Assembly: GCA_963732395.1 (NCBI GenBank)
Contig: CAVSZF010000003.1
Coordinates: 114,733-178,732, forward strand
DNA from: an uncultured Spirochaetota bacterium
GTDB taxonomy: Bacteria; Spirochaetota; UBA4802; UBA5550
Length of the DNA: 64,000 nucleotides
Reading direction: 5' to 3'
Positions 29,401 to 38,083 of this stretch are shown here, piece after piece (the first letter of the stretch is position 1; every line of letters starts with the position of its first letter). The notes under the pieces are model-generated. The model ran no database searches and was not told the DNA's origin. It worked only from the letters and a program-made list of their open reading frames with translations. The translations under genes were made by a program, and so were the position numbers.

Positions 29401-30191
29401 CTCCTTCGTAAATCCTCTTCCGCCTGCTTGCGCTCGGTGATGTCCATCCCCACGCCGTTGATCTCAACCAGCTCTCCATTGGCCCCCCACAGGTTTGAGG
29501 AGTCCCAGGTGATTGTTTTGACAGCGCCGTTCTTTCCGAGCAGGTTCATTTCGTACCCATGTACATCACCCGACTCAAAGGCCCGCATAATCTCCTTGAC
29601 CTGTTCCCCGAGTTCACCGGGATAAAAGAGGTCCCACCAGTTGCGGCCTATAACGTCCTCCGGGGTATAGCCGGTAACCGCTGTCACGTATGAATTCACA
29701 AAAAGCGTGGTGCCGTCCGGCGTTAGTTTGCAGATGAGACTGGGTGCGGTTTCAACCAGGGTGCGGTATTTTTCCTCGCTCTTGCGCAGCGCCATCTCCG
29801 ATTTTTTCCGCTCCACGGCGTATATGATTGACCGCGACAGCAGCTCGGAGCCGATTGTGCCTTTAACCAGGTAATCCTCGGCGCCCATTTCAATGGACGA
29901 CACCCCGATCCCCTCGTCATCCAGACCCGTAAGCACGATGACGGGAATCATTCCCTGCGTGGTTTCCACGATGCTTTCGAGCGTGGCGATACCGCTCGAA
30001 TCGGAGAGGTTGAGGTCGAGGATCACGACGTCATAGTGCCGGTCTTTTATACGCGATAGCGCGTCCGCAAGGTTTTCCGCAACGGCGCATTCACCATCAC
30101 CCAGGCCGCCCTCTTTCAGCAGCTCCCGGATGAGGCGCGCGTCGCCGGGATTGTCTTCGACGAGAAGGATGTCGATCACCCGTGTTTTCAT
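26484..30191 (-). CDS. hybrid sensor kinase REC-PAS-PAS-GAF-PAS-HisKA-HATPase-REC with C-terminal helical module
   Basis: 1235 aa. Receiver [10 protein letters not shown]...VILDLNLSDSSG. GAF-like ...HYCVPLLQSGKTLGVLNLYL. H-box MSHEIRTPLNAILGF. ATPase VEDTGPGIS...GTGLGLALS. Second receiver VLVADDNEDN...ILMDMRMPVISG. Tail ...KSYQYDALIGLLNKRKKR. Confidence 0.92.
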   Translation of the reverse strand: MKTRVIDILLVEDNPGDARLIRELLKEGGLGDGECAVAENLADALSRIKDRHYDVVILDLNLSDSSGIATLESIVETTQGMIPVIVLTGLDDEGIGVSSIEMGAEDYLVKGTIGSELLSRSIIYAVERKKSEMALRKSEEKYRTLVETAPSLICKLTPDGTTLFVNSYVTAVTGYTPEDVIGRNWWDLFYPGELGEQVKEIMRAFESGDVHGYEMNLLGKNGAVKTITWDSSNLWGANGELVEINGVGMDITERKQAEEDLRRSQYLLNEAEKTGKIGGWEFDVENLTQTWTEETFRILEIDMSHGEPKVPEGLDFIAPSSRPMAEKAVARAMEYGEPYDQEWEVITAKGNTRWVRAVARITRENDAIARISGSFQDITDRKLAEEQAHSAQAETLRLLEAADQSRRVLLSVIEDQKLAESKLLKSYQEQESFNKLLRISLGDHTLSESVRLALDILMEIPWLSIEKQGAVFLADSEADSLSLYASRNLDPLLLEMCAKVPSGVCLCGRAAATGQIMFSDTIDERHDRRYAGMGPHGHYCVPLLQSGKTLGVLNLYLAAHHEENDEEKQFLVSMAALLAGIIDRKQAEEKLRKRESLLQKIFEILPVGLWVADKHGTLQGGNPAGVKIWGAEPKVSMKEYGVFKARRVPSGEEIMPEDWALAHTIREGVTISNEQLEIDAFDGKTKTILNFTAPIIDENGAVDGAIVVNEDITERLKNEKELASYRTQLEELVQQRTAELERTNVELETEIRVRQAAEKNMEKAREEAVAANRAKSTFLSSMSHEIRTPLNAILGFSQLLLRDSGLTPKQMERLVTVNRSGEHLLALINDILEFSKIEAGRVGFNPESFDLIAMMTDITSMFKLKTDARQLKFLVDLPDNLPRIIITDEGKLRQILINLLGNAVKFTTEGVITLRARRSRAKGGMIGLIIEVEDTGPGISAEDSKNLFQAFTQTQKGVRAGGTGLGLALSRQFARLMGGDITVRSEPDRGSCFTVSIIVQKGEYSRVKKRLEERRVAGVRPGQDTYRVLVADDNEDNRALIRELLAPVGFQLEEAADGNEVIEKFKSWSPHIILMDMRMPVISGYEAIVRIKDMKGGKETPIIAVTASAFAEDREKVLNWGADGYLRKPFKDRELFDFLKTFLGVEYVYEEDTAPAPGEAARPSKPLSPGSLRELPDELIDEMLKATLNLDQDRLMELIDGAGGVNNRTIEGLKGMVKSYQYDALIGLLNKRKKR

Positions 30192-30192
30192 G

Positions 30193-30639
30193 TTATTTCT
30201 CCCTGTCGGGAAGCTTCACTATGGTGAGCCAGAAGGACTCGATCGACCTCACCACGTCGATAAAGCGGTTCAGATCAAGGGGCTTCACGATGTAGCAGTT
30301 CGCGTGGAGATCGTAGGTTTTCACCACGTCGGTCTCCGCGTCGGAGGTGGTGAGGATCACCACGGGGATCCGCTTGAGGTCGTCGTTCTCCTTGATGTCG
30401 GCCAGCACCTCGCGGCCGTCCTTTTTCGGAAGGTTCAGGTCGAGGAGGATCAGGTCGGGCCTCTCTACGTCGGCGAATTTACCCTTCTTGAGAAGAAAAT
30501 CCATCGCCTCGACCCCGTCCCTCGCCACGTAGAGGGTGTTCTTCACCTTGCCTTCTTTCAGGGACTCCAGTACGAGGCGGACGTCCCCCTCGCTGTCCTC
30601 CACGAGGAGTATGTCGATCGGTTTGATTTTTTCATTCAT
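30193..30639 (-). CDS. single-domain response regulator (Rcp1/phytochrome-associated type)
   Basis: 148 aa. ILLVEDSEGD...ILLDLNLPKKDG...CYIVKP. Its stop is 1 nt from the start of the downstream kinase gene. Confidence 0.9.
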   Translation of the reverse strand: MNEKIKPIDILLVEDSEGDVRLVLESLKEGKVKNTLYVARDGVEAMDFLLKKGKFADVERPDLILLDLNLPKKDGREVLADIKENDDLKRIPVVILTTSDAETDVVKTYDLHANCYIVKPLDLNRFIDVVRSIESFWLTIVKLPDREK

Positions 30640-30658
30640 GGAGTTCCTCCTTAATTAT

Positions 30659-30745
30659 GCCCCCCCCCAACCCCCCGGAGGGGGGCTGAGCCAGGCCTTT
30701 ACATCGACCTATGCTACCCCTGCCCCCCTCCGGGGGGTCGGGGGC
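30659..30745. repeat. GC-rich palindromic intergenic repeat, copy 1
   Basis: Left arm GCCCCCCCCCAACCCCCCGGAGGGGGGC, ~35-nt spacer, right arm GCCCCCCTCCGGGGGGTCGGGGGC (reverse complement of the left arm). Same architecture as the copies at 34081, 42711 and 49544. Confidence 0.8.
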
Positions 30746-33700
30746 CTCAGTGGCCGAAGGCCATCCTCCGTTATTCCGGGTATGCTGAAATAAAATGACG
30801 ATCCTTCGCCGAAATTCGACTCCACCCATATTCTCCCCCCGTGGCGTTCCACGATCCGCCTGCAGATGGCGAGGCCGATGCCGGTGCCCGGATACTCATT
30901 CCGGCCATGGAGTCTCTGGAAGATGGTGAATATGCGGTCCGAAATACTGCTCCTCGATGCCGATGCCGTTATCGCGCACGCAAAAAACATGCTCTCCGTT
31001 GCTTTTTTCCGCGGTAATGGTGATCAGCGGGGCCGTCCCCTCCCGCCTGAACTTGATGGCGTTCTGTATCATGTTCTGGAAAAGCCTGTGGATCTGCGCC
31101 CTGTCAGCGGCGATCAACGGCATGTCGGCATGGCTCACCGTGGCGCCCGTTTCCCTGATCTGTATTTCAAGGTCCCGGTTCACCTCGGCCAGCACCTCCT
31201 TCACGTTTACGCTATCGAAAGGCTTCCCGTGGGTCATCACCCGTGAAAAGTCCAGGAGACCGCTGATGAGCGACTGGAGGCGTTTCGCGCCGTCCACCGC
31301 GAAGTTGATGAAATCGTTCGCGTCGGCGTCCAGTTTGTCCTTGTACCTTTTCTCAATGAGCTGGAGGTAGCTCGATATCATACGCAGCGGCTCCTGCAGA
31401 TCGTGCGACGCCACGTAGGCGAACTGCTGGAGGTCCAGGTTGGAGCGTTCGAGCTCGATGGTATACTGTTTGATCATGTTTTCGGTTTTGCGCTGCTCCG
31501 TTATATCGATGTTGCTGGACTGGTAACCTCTCAATTCACCTTTCTCGTCGCGGATCACAGTCGCGAAAGCCTGGACGATAAAGGTCGATCCGTCTTTTCT
31601 ACGTGCGACAAACTCCCCTTCCCACGCACCCTTTTCATTCAGGGTGTTGATTACCGGAGTTGCGTCCCCCTCGTCGGCGAAAAAGCTCGATACGGGTCTG
31701 CCCAGAACATCATCGGTACTCTCATTACCCCACAGCCTGAGAAATGAGCCGTTCGCATATCGTATGATCCCGTCAGTGTCCGCTATGCTGTTCGCCGCGA
31801 TTGACGTCTCGAAGACGATGTTTTTCAGAAGCAGCTCGGCCTCGCCCCGTTTCTGGTCGGTAATATCCCGCGCCGTGGAGAGTGCCCCTGTGACGTTGCC
31901 TTTTTCATCCTTGAGCCCCCGGCACCACCAGGCCAGCAGACGCTTCTCCCCGTCCCTGCGCCGCTGCCAGCTCTCGATGTAGATAATGGCGTCATCACCG
32001 TAGAAAAAAGGTTGTACCCTGTTATAGGTATCCTGTTCGCCTTCGAAATAGAATGCGGCCTCCCTGCCTATCACGTCGTCGCCGAAAAATTCGATGCCGG
32101 GCCCGTTGGCCCAGGAATAGATCTTGTTGTTGTCAACCTCCACTATGATGTCCGGTATGGCGGAGAGAAGGGCCTCCTGGTGCGCCGAAAGGGCGTTCAT
32201 CGCTTCCGCGGCTTCATATCGATCGCGGTAGAACCGGTCGCTCTGTTGACGCCAAAAAAGCCCTATGCCGGCTCCCGCTCCGGACAGGAGCGCTGCCATC
32301 AGAACGATCATGATCCAGAGCCTCTCCCGCACCGGCGCGTACACCTCCGTCATGTCCATTCGGGCCACCATGAACCAGGGCGAACCGGGCACCGCCCGCG
32401 TGGCAGCTACCACCGGCACCCCCCGGTAATCGAAGCCTTCCGTGACCGCGTCCCTTCCAATGGCCGCCATCACCGCCGGAACGGTGTGCTGGGTCAGCGG
32501 TATTCGCAGTTTCAGGGCGCTGTTTTTTTTGAACCTGAGCTCATTCAAGAAGAGGACGTCATCGCCCTCCTTCCGGACAATCAGGGTCTCGGCGGTCCGG
32601 CTGGGCATGGGCCAGCGGCTGATCATGGCATAAAGGTACTCATCGGGATCGACGACCAGTACGATAAACCCCAGGACTCCGGCGGTATCCCCGTCATACA
32701 TGACGGGAACCACAAGGGACAGATTTATCGGCTTATCCGGGGCTTCCCGGTGGAAATCCAGGAAGGTAACCGCGCCCGATCGGCGGATAGCGTCCAGGTT
32801 CTGCAACACGTATTCGCAGACATCCCCAGTCCCATGGGGAAATGATAATCGGGCCGCCCCCCGGGCGTCAAGGAGGAGGATATGATCATACCGGTAGGCG
32901 GATCGGAATTTGCCCAGCCATGTTTGAAGCCGCCATCGGACATTCGCATCTGACGTATTGGCAAAAAATCGATCCACCAGGGATGTCATCACGTCGTTAT
33001 GATACAGCAGATTCGCGTCGCCCAGCCGCTCGGTGCGCCACCGCACGAGTTCGTCGACTTTGAGACTTACTATAGAGTAAAGCTCCCGCTCCACTCCTTC
33101 CCTGAAACGCTGTTCATAATGCCGGTAATAGAGGTATCCGGCAACCAGTATTCCGGCGGACATTATGACTAACAGCATTATAAGCTTGCGCGGGATCCGT
33201 TTCCCCTCGTCAACCAGGGGTTCGGTTTCGAATAAGCGGTACCGGTACACTCCCAAGGCGATGATGAGCGATCCCAGGGAAAAGATCGGAATCATGGGGC
33301 TGATTTCCATGCCGGGAATGAGGTTGAACGTCGGGAACAGGGAGCCCATGATCATAATCAGTGTCCCGATTCCCAGGGCCAGGGCCTGGCCGCGTGATTG
33401 CCGGAACATGCGCGACACATTAATAAACAATACCGTCACACCCGCCATCATAAGAACATAGGTATAGAGGAGATGTACCTTGTACCAGGGACCGGCGATT
33501 CTGACTGCCGTCTCGGCGATATAAAAGGGTCCGGCCCTGTGGAACCCGACATCCCGTACCACCCAGAGGCCGTGCAGGCTGTTGGTCCATATCATGACCT
33601 GGGTGACGACCGGAATGACGAAGAGCGCCGCGACGCGCGGCCCCGACAGCAACCGCGGTTTCCCTGTATACTGAAGTACGAACATGAACCAGAGCACCGG

Positions 33701-33940
33701 GATCGAGGCGAAGGAAAGAATGCGCGCATTAAACCAGAACAGGGCCCATTCTCTGGTGGGGCTTATTATCGACATCCCCTCAAAAAACGCGAGCAGGCAC
33801 ACCATGAGCGACACCCACATATAGACGCCGGCCCCGGGGGTGGAATCACGGTGCCGCCGGGAATACCATGCGATATATCCCATGACGGCCACCGTAACCA
33901 TGATGGAAATGAAGTATGCCGTGTGGTACCAGTGCATCAT
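30709..33940 (-). pseudogene. HisKA_7TM-type sensor histidine kinase with a frameshift inside the ATP-binding domain
   Basis: ORF 30896-33940 has the 7TM N-terminus MMHWYHTAYFISIMVT...YRYRLFE, a second membrane-bounded region, 2 PAS and H-box ASHDLQEPLR. It breaks at ...[13 protein letters not shown]. The remainder ([55 protein letters not shown]) continues in another frame as ORF 30709-30990. The shift lies at the A3/T3 run 30942-30944. Confidence 0.75.
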
Positions 33941-34080
33941 GCTACCATGCCTTCATCGGCACGCCCGGGTCGAGATGGGACACGAGGACGAATGCCATGC
34001 CGCCTGGGGCCGCCTTTTTTTCCCGGTCGTGATGCCGGTGTCCTTTTTTTCATGTGTGGCCCCTCATGCTCACAAGCCTA

Positions 34081-34160
34081 TGCCCCCGGAAGGCCCCCCA
34101 ACCCCCCGAAGGGGGGCTTACTATACCCTTCCCATTTTTTACGTCCCCCTCCGGGGGATT
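34081..34160. repeat. GC-rich palindromic intergenic repeat, copy 2
   Basis: CCCCCCAACCCCCCGAAGGGGGGC (34094-34117), spacer TTACTATACCCTTCCCATTTTTTACGT, then CCCCCTCCGGGGG (34145-34157). Confidence 0.75.
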
Positions 34161-34195
34161 CAAGGGGCCGGTAACAGGAGGCTTTTTTAGATATT

Positions 34196-35440
34196 TCATG
34201 CCCCGCCGTACCTCGCCGGTTTGCCCGCCTCTTCAAGAAGATCATTGACTTCTTTTTTAAGACCAATCACCCGGCCCTCGCAGTCCAGCGTAACATTATA
34301 CCATCGCCGAAGCTCTTTCAACTGGCTCTGAAGCACCTTCTCGGTTGCCATTAGCTCTTTGTTTGAAGACTCAAGTTCCTCCCTTTGCTTCTGCAGTTCC
34401 ACGAGCGCAGCTTCCCTCTCGGACACTGCCCGCTTGCGTTCCGTGACGATCGCGCCCATAATCAAACCGACAATACAATTGACGATCATCAGCAGTTCCA
34501 GTTCGCCCAGCCGTGCGAGGTCGAATCGAAACAACCACAGCGCCAGCACCACCCCGGAATTCAACGCCAGGATTGCCGCGCTGACCCCCTTGAAGCCGTG
34601 CTGCAGAGCAATCCAGATGAGCGGCAGCGTAATAAGATAGATGGGCCGAAAATCATCCAGGACTCTTACCCCAAAGACCCAGTAGAGCGTCAAAGCAATG
34701 CTGAACGCCTGCCCGATGGCAGAGAGCGTGGGACGCGGAAATGACCGTCGTGCGGGCAGCCTGACCGGCTGTCCTTCCGCAAACCGTTTCAGGCCCGGCA
34801 TCACATAGATAAGCAGAAAGGGGGTGACGGTCAAGACGCCGATCGTTTCACCAATCCACCAGTGAAAAATCGCGCGGAGGACTTCGCTGCGCGGCATTTC
34901 GCTGCTCAATGCGGAACTCGAAACAGAAAGTACGGCAAGAAGCGCTGAAACAAATACGGCAGCGGCAACCAGCCAGATCACATCCCGCACTTTTCGCAGT
35001 TGCCAATCGAACCGAATTCGGTTGCGCAGGAATGCGGCGGAAGCGCTATAAATCAAAGATATAATAAATGCCCATAAAAAAAGCAACCAAGGGGGCTGAG
35101 GCATGCGATAAATGAACATACTGCTAATGAATAAGGCAATCATCACCGCGGGCGCGAATCTCACGCCAAATACCAGCAGCAGCGCGTATGTGACCCCGGC
35201 AGGCGCATACCAGGCGACAACACCTTTGAATAATTCAAACTGCTGCGAAGCAAAGTCGAGACTGATGTACACGCAGAGGTATGCGGCGATAATAAGAGCG
35301 GCGCGCAACAGCGGGCGCGGGTTGCGGTGCAATGTGGCGGCACCTGGCGGGACAGCGGGTTTCTTGATGGATTTCATGAATCCGATCGATTCCGCGGATG
35401 CACCCGGAGATTGTGTGACCTTCTCATCCGTCATATTCAT
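34196..35440 (-). CDS. MASE1-like membrane sensor with coiled coil and conserved C-terminal module, no known output domain
   Basis: 414 aa. About 8 TM helices with MASE1-like signatures (WYAPAGVTYALLLVFG, WWIGETIGVLTVTPFLL), then a coiled coil. Ends LKELRRWYNVTLDCEGRVIGLKKEVNDLLEEAGKPARYGGA. Confidence 0.8.
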   Translation of the reverse strand: MNMTDEKVTQSPGASAESIGFMKSIKKPAVPPGAATLHRNPRPLLRAALIIAAYLCVYISLDFASQQFELFKGVVAWYAPAGVTYALLLVFGVRFAPAVMIALFISSMFIYRMPQPPWLLFLWAFIISLIYSASAAFLRNRIRFDWQLRKVRDVIWLVAAAVFVSALLAVLSVSSSALSSEMPRSEVLRAIFHWWIGETIGVLTVTPFLLIYVMPGLKRFAEGQPVRLPARRSFPRPTLSAIGQAFSIALTLYWVFGVRVLDDFRPIYLITLPLIWIALQHGFKGVSAAILALNSGVVLALWLFRFDLARLGELELLMIVNCIVGLIMGAIVTERKRAVSEREAALVELQKQREELESSNKELMATEKVLQSQLKELRRWYNVTLDCEGRVIGLKKEVNDLLEEAGKPARYGGA

Positions 35441-35498
35441 TTCCAGCTTTTTTTCTTTTTCCTATGCTTGTAACTACTCAACCATTCAATTATGCCAT

Positions 35499-35560
35499 AG
35501 AGGCACAGAGTTATTTCCGGTTTTCTTTATTCTCCATCAATCCTTACTCTCCGTGCCTCC
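35499..35560 (-). other. intergenic stem-loop between two C-module sensor genes
   Basis: On the transcribed (minus) strand, GGAGGCACGGAG (35560-35549) can pair with CTCTGTGCCTCT (35510-35499). That is 12 bp including two G-U pairs, with a 38-nt loop. Confidence 0.3.
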
Positions 35561-35585
35561 GTGTCCATGTTCTTTTTCCCCCGCC

Positions 35586-36959
35586 TTACGTATCGAAGTA
35601 TTTTCCCGGCTTTCCCATTTCATGAAGCAGGCTGTTAACTTCCTTTTTAATTTCAATGACCCGGTCCTCGCGGTCAAGCGTGGCGTTATACCATCGCTGA
35701 AGCTCTTTTAACTTCTCCCGCACCTCATCATGTGTCCGCCTCTGTTCTAACGCGATGCCGATGCTTGCGCCCAGGCTTTCAAAGAAGCGGATCATTTCGA
35801 GCGTAAAGCAATCGCGCCGGCGGTCGTTGAATTGTATCAGGCCGATGATTTTGTCGGCCACCCGCAGGGGGATCAGGGCCACGGATTCATACCCTTCGCC
35901 GTTACAGTGGTTGCGGGTGCGCGCCTGGCGGTCTTCTTCGGTCGTCGTTGCCAGCAGCTCCGTGGTGCTGTTGGTCCAGAAGCTGCCGAATTCGGTGAAA
36001 AACGGCAGTTTGGTGTCGAATCGTCCCATTAGAACGTTCCCGCACATGCATTCGAGCACCGGGTTGCCATCGGAATCGCGCACGACGTCGCCCGCTGCGT
36101 CACGCTCGCACAGGTACTGCTCGGCCTTCACGAAATCATCGGGGAACCCGTTGGTCACCATGTAGGGGAAGTCGTCGCCCTCCTTCAGGCGGATACCCAC
36201 GGCCTCCAAACCCGTTCTCGTTTTTACCAGCTTAAAGATGTCATGGATCAAATCACTTTTTTCAAAATCATTGAGCAATTCCAGCACTTCACGCGCGAGC
36301 CGGTCCCGCTCGTCCGCCTGCTTGCGCATGGAGATCTCTTCCATAAGCTGTGCGGTCCTCTCCTCAACCAGCTCTTCCAGCCGCTCGTTCATCGTCTTCA
36401 ACTCTTCCTGCGCCTCCAGCAATTCCGTATTTCGAATTACCGCCGCTTCATAGGTGGAAATAAGCATGCCGAGCATCTGCTGCTGGTCCGCGGTGATGAA
36501 GCGTTTTTTCCCCCCGAAATGGATCTCCACCCCCACGCGCACGCGTTCATTATTCCTCAATGCCAAATTGGCGATAATATTGGCGATATTCGAAAGCAGG
36601 TAATCGTCGTTATAGGGCTTGCTGATAAAATTGTCCGCGCCGCAGGCCAGTCCTTCCAGCACGTCCCCCGTGCTGCTGAGTGAGGTCAGCAGGACCACGG
36701 GGATGTTGTTTGTTTTCTCATCCGATTTTATTTTACTGCAGAGCTCGAAGCCGCTCATACCCGGCATGACGATATCGGTTATGACCAGCGTGGGTAAGCG
36801 CGTGCCTATCTGGTCAAGCGCCTGCATGCCGTTGCCGGCAACCATTACGGAATAGTTTTGCTGTTCCAGCAAAAACATGAGTTTTTCAGCCTGCGTGGGG
36901 CTGTCCTCCACGATCAGGATCGTGACATTTTTATTTGATGGATTTGTTGAATCGGTCAT
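35586..36959 (-). CDS. response regulator REC-coiled coil-GAF with conserved C-terminal module (occupies the WspR-like output position)
   Basis: 457 aa. Receiver ILIVEDSPTQ...VITDIVMPGMSG...NFISKP. GAF-like block ...SVALIPLRVADKIIGLIQFNDRR. Ends LKELQRWYNATLDREDRVIEIKKEVNSLLHEMGKPGKYFDT. Its start is 13 nt after the cheB stop. Confidence 0.85.
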   Translation of the reverse strand: MTDSTNPSNKNVTILIVEDSPTQAEKLMFLLEQQNYSVMVAGNGMQALDQIGTRLPTLVITDIVMPGMSGFELCSKIKSDEKTNNIPVVLLTSLSSTGDVLEGLACGADNFISKPYNDDYLLSNIANIIANLALRNNERVRVGVEIHFGGKKRFITADQQQMLGMLISTYEAAVIRNTELLEAQEELKTMNERLEELVEERTAQLMEEISMRKQADERDRLAREVLELLNDFEKSDLIHDIFKLVKTRTGLEAVGIRLKEGDDFPYMVTNGFPDDFVKAEQYLCERDAAGDVVRDSDGNPVLECMCGNVLMGRFDTKLPFFTEFGSFWTNSTTELLATTTEEDRQARTRNHCNGEGYESVALIPLRVADKIIGLIQFNDRRRDCFTLEMIRFFESLGASIGIALEQRRTHDEVREKLKELQRWYNATLDREDRVIEIKKEVNSLLHEMGKPGKYFDT

Positions 36960-36972
36960 ATGCGACCTCCAT

Positions 36973-38016
36973 TTAATTCCTGTTAAAACCAGCCAGCATG
37001 GCGGCTATTCCTTCCGGCGGAAGGACGTGGGCCGCCGCACCCAGCTTGATGGCTTCTCCCGGCATGCTGTTCACAATTGAACTTTTTTCATCCTGGACGA
37101 GGGTAATTGCACCCGTTCCCCTCATTGTTTTCATCTCATCCGCGCCGTCCCTGCCCATGCCGGTCAGCAGGACGCCCACGGCGTGCGGGCCATAGACCTG
37201 TGAAACAGTACGGAAGAGATACGCGACTGACGGGCGCAGACCGTTCTCCGGCGCGTGATCGCCGAGCAGTATCCGGGGGCCCTTTGACACTCCCATGTGA
37301 AACCCGTCCGGGGCGACGTATGCCTGTCCGGGCTCGAGTCTCTCACCGTCTAACGCCATGCGTACGGGAAAGTGTGACGCACCGTTAAGCCAATCGACAA
37401 AACCTTCAGTAAAACCCTTGGCAATGTGCTGGACGACGAGAATTGGGAATGATAGGTCTTTCGGCAACAATGACAGGATTTGCAGGAGCACCGCCGGCCC
37501 GCCGGTGGAAGCACCGATGGCGGCAACCTGTATTTCCGCTTCCGCCTTCAGCATGCGCGGCATTAACTGCGGCGCTGGTTCCATTTTTTTCGCCGTGCCC
37601 GGGAGTCGTTTCACGACCTTTACCTCTGACATCAGCTTCACCGTCTGGATAAGCTCCCGCGAAGCCGACTCGAAATCCACATGCGTGAGCCCCGGCGGGC
37701 GGGGGAGCACGGCCAGTGCTCCTGCTTCAATCGCTTTAAAAGAGGTGCTGACCTCGACAGGCGCCGTGCTTCCGCTCACGATGACGATCGGGGTCGGATG
37801 GGTCGCCATGATCCGGCGGGTCGCCTCATAACCGTCCATGACGGGCATGTGGACATCCATGGTTATCACGTCCGGCCGTTTATTTTCGACAACCTGAAAC
37901 GCCTCTTTGCCGTTATTGGCAACGCCCATCACGTGAAAATCCGGATCGGATGAGAGTATGTAGTTCAGGAATTCCTGCACAACGGGCGAATCCTCGACGA
38001 TGAGAACTTTGATCAT
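36973..38016 (-). CDS. cheB: chemotaxis response regulator protein-glutamate methylesterase
   Basis: 347 aa. Receiver VLIVEDSPVV...ITMDVHMPVMDG. Catalytic domain AIGASTGGPAVL, VVQHIAKGF, LLTGMGRDGADEM. Confidence 0.93.
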   Translation of the reverse strand: MIKVLIVEDSPVVQEFLNYILSSDPDFHVMGVANNGKEAFQVVENKRPDVITMDVHMPVMDGYEATRRIMATHPTPIVIVSGSTAPVEVSTSFKAIEAGALAVLPRPPGLTHVDFESASRELIQTVKLMSEVKVVKRLPGTAKKMEPAPQLMPRMLKAEAEIQVAAIGASTGGPAVLLQILSLLPKDLSFPILVVQHIAKGFTEGFVDWLNGASHFPVRMALDGERLEPGQAYVAPDGFHMGVSKGPRILLGDHAPENGLRPSVAYLFRTVSQVYGPHAVGVLLTGMGRDGADEMKTMRGTGAITLVQDEKSSIVNSMPGEAIKLGAAAHVLPPEGIAAMLAGFNRN

Positions 38017-38083
38017 ATCCGTATACTCCCTTTACTATTATTTATCACAACTTTAAACTCAACCCTTGTGCCCTCCCCCCCCC

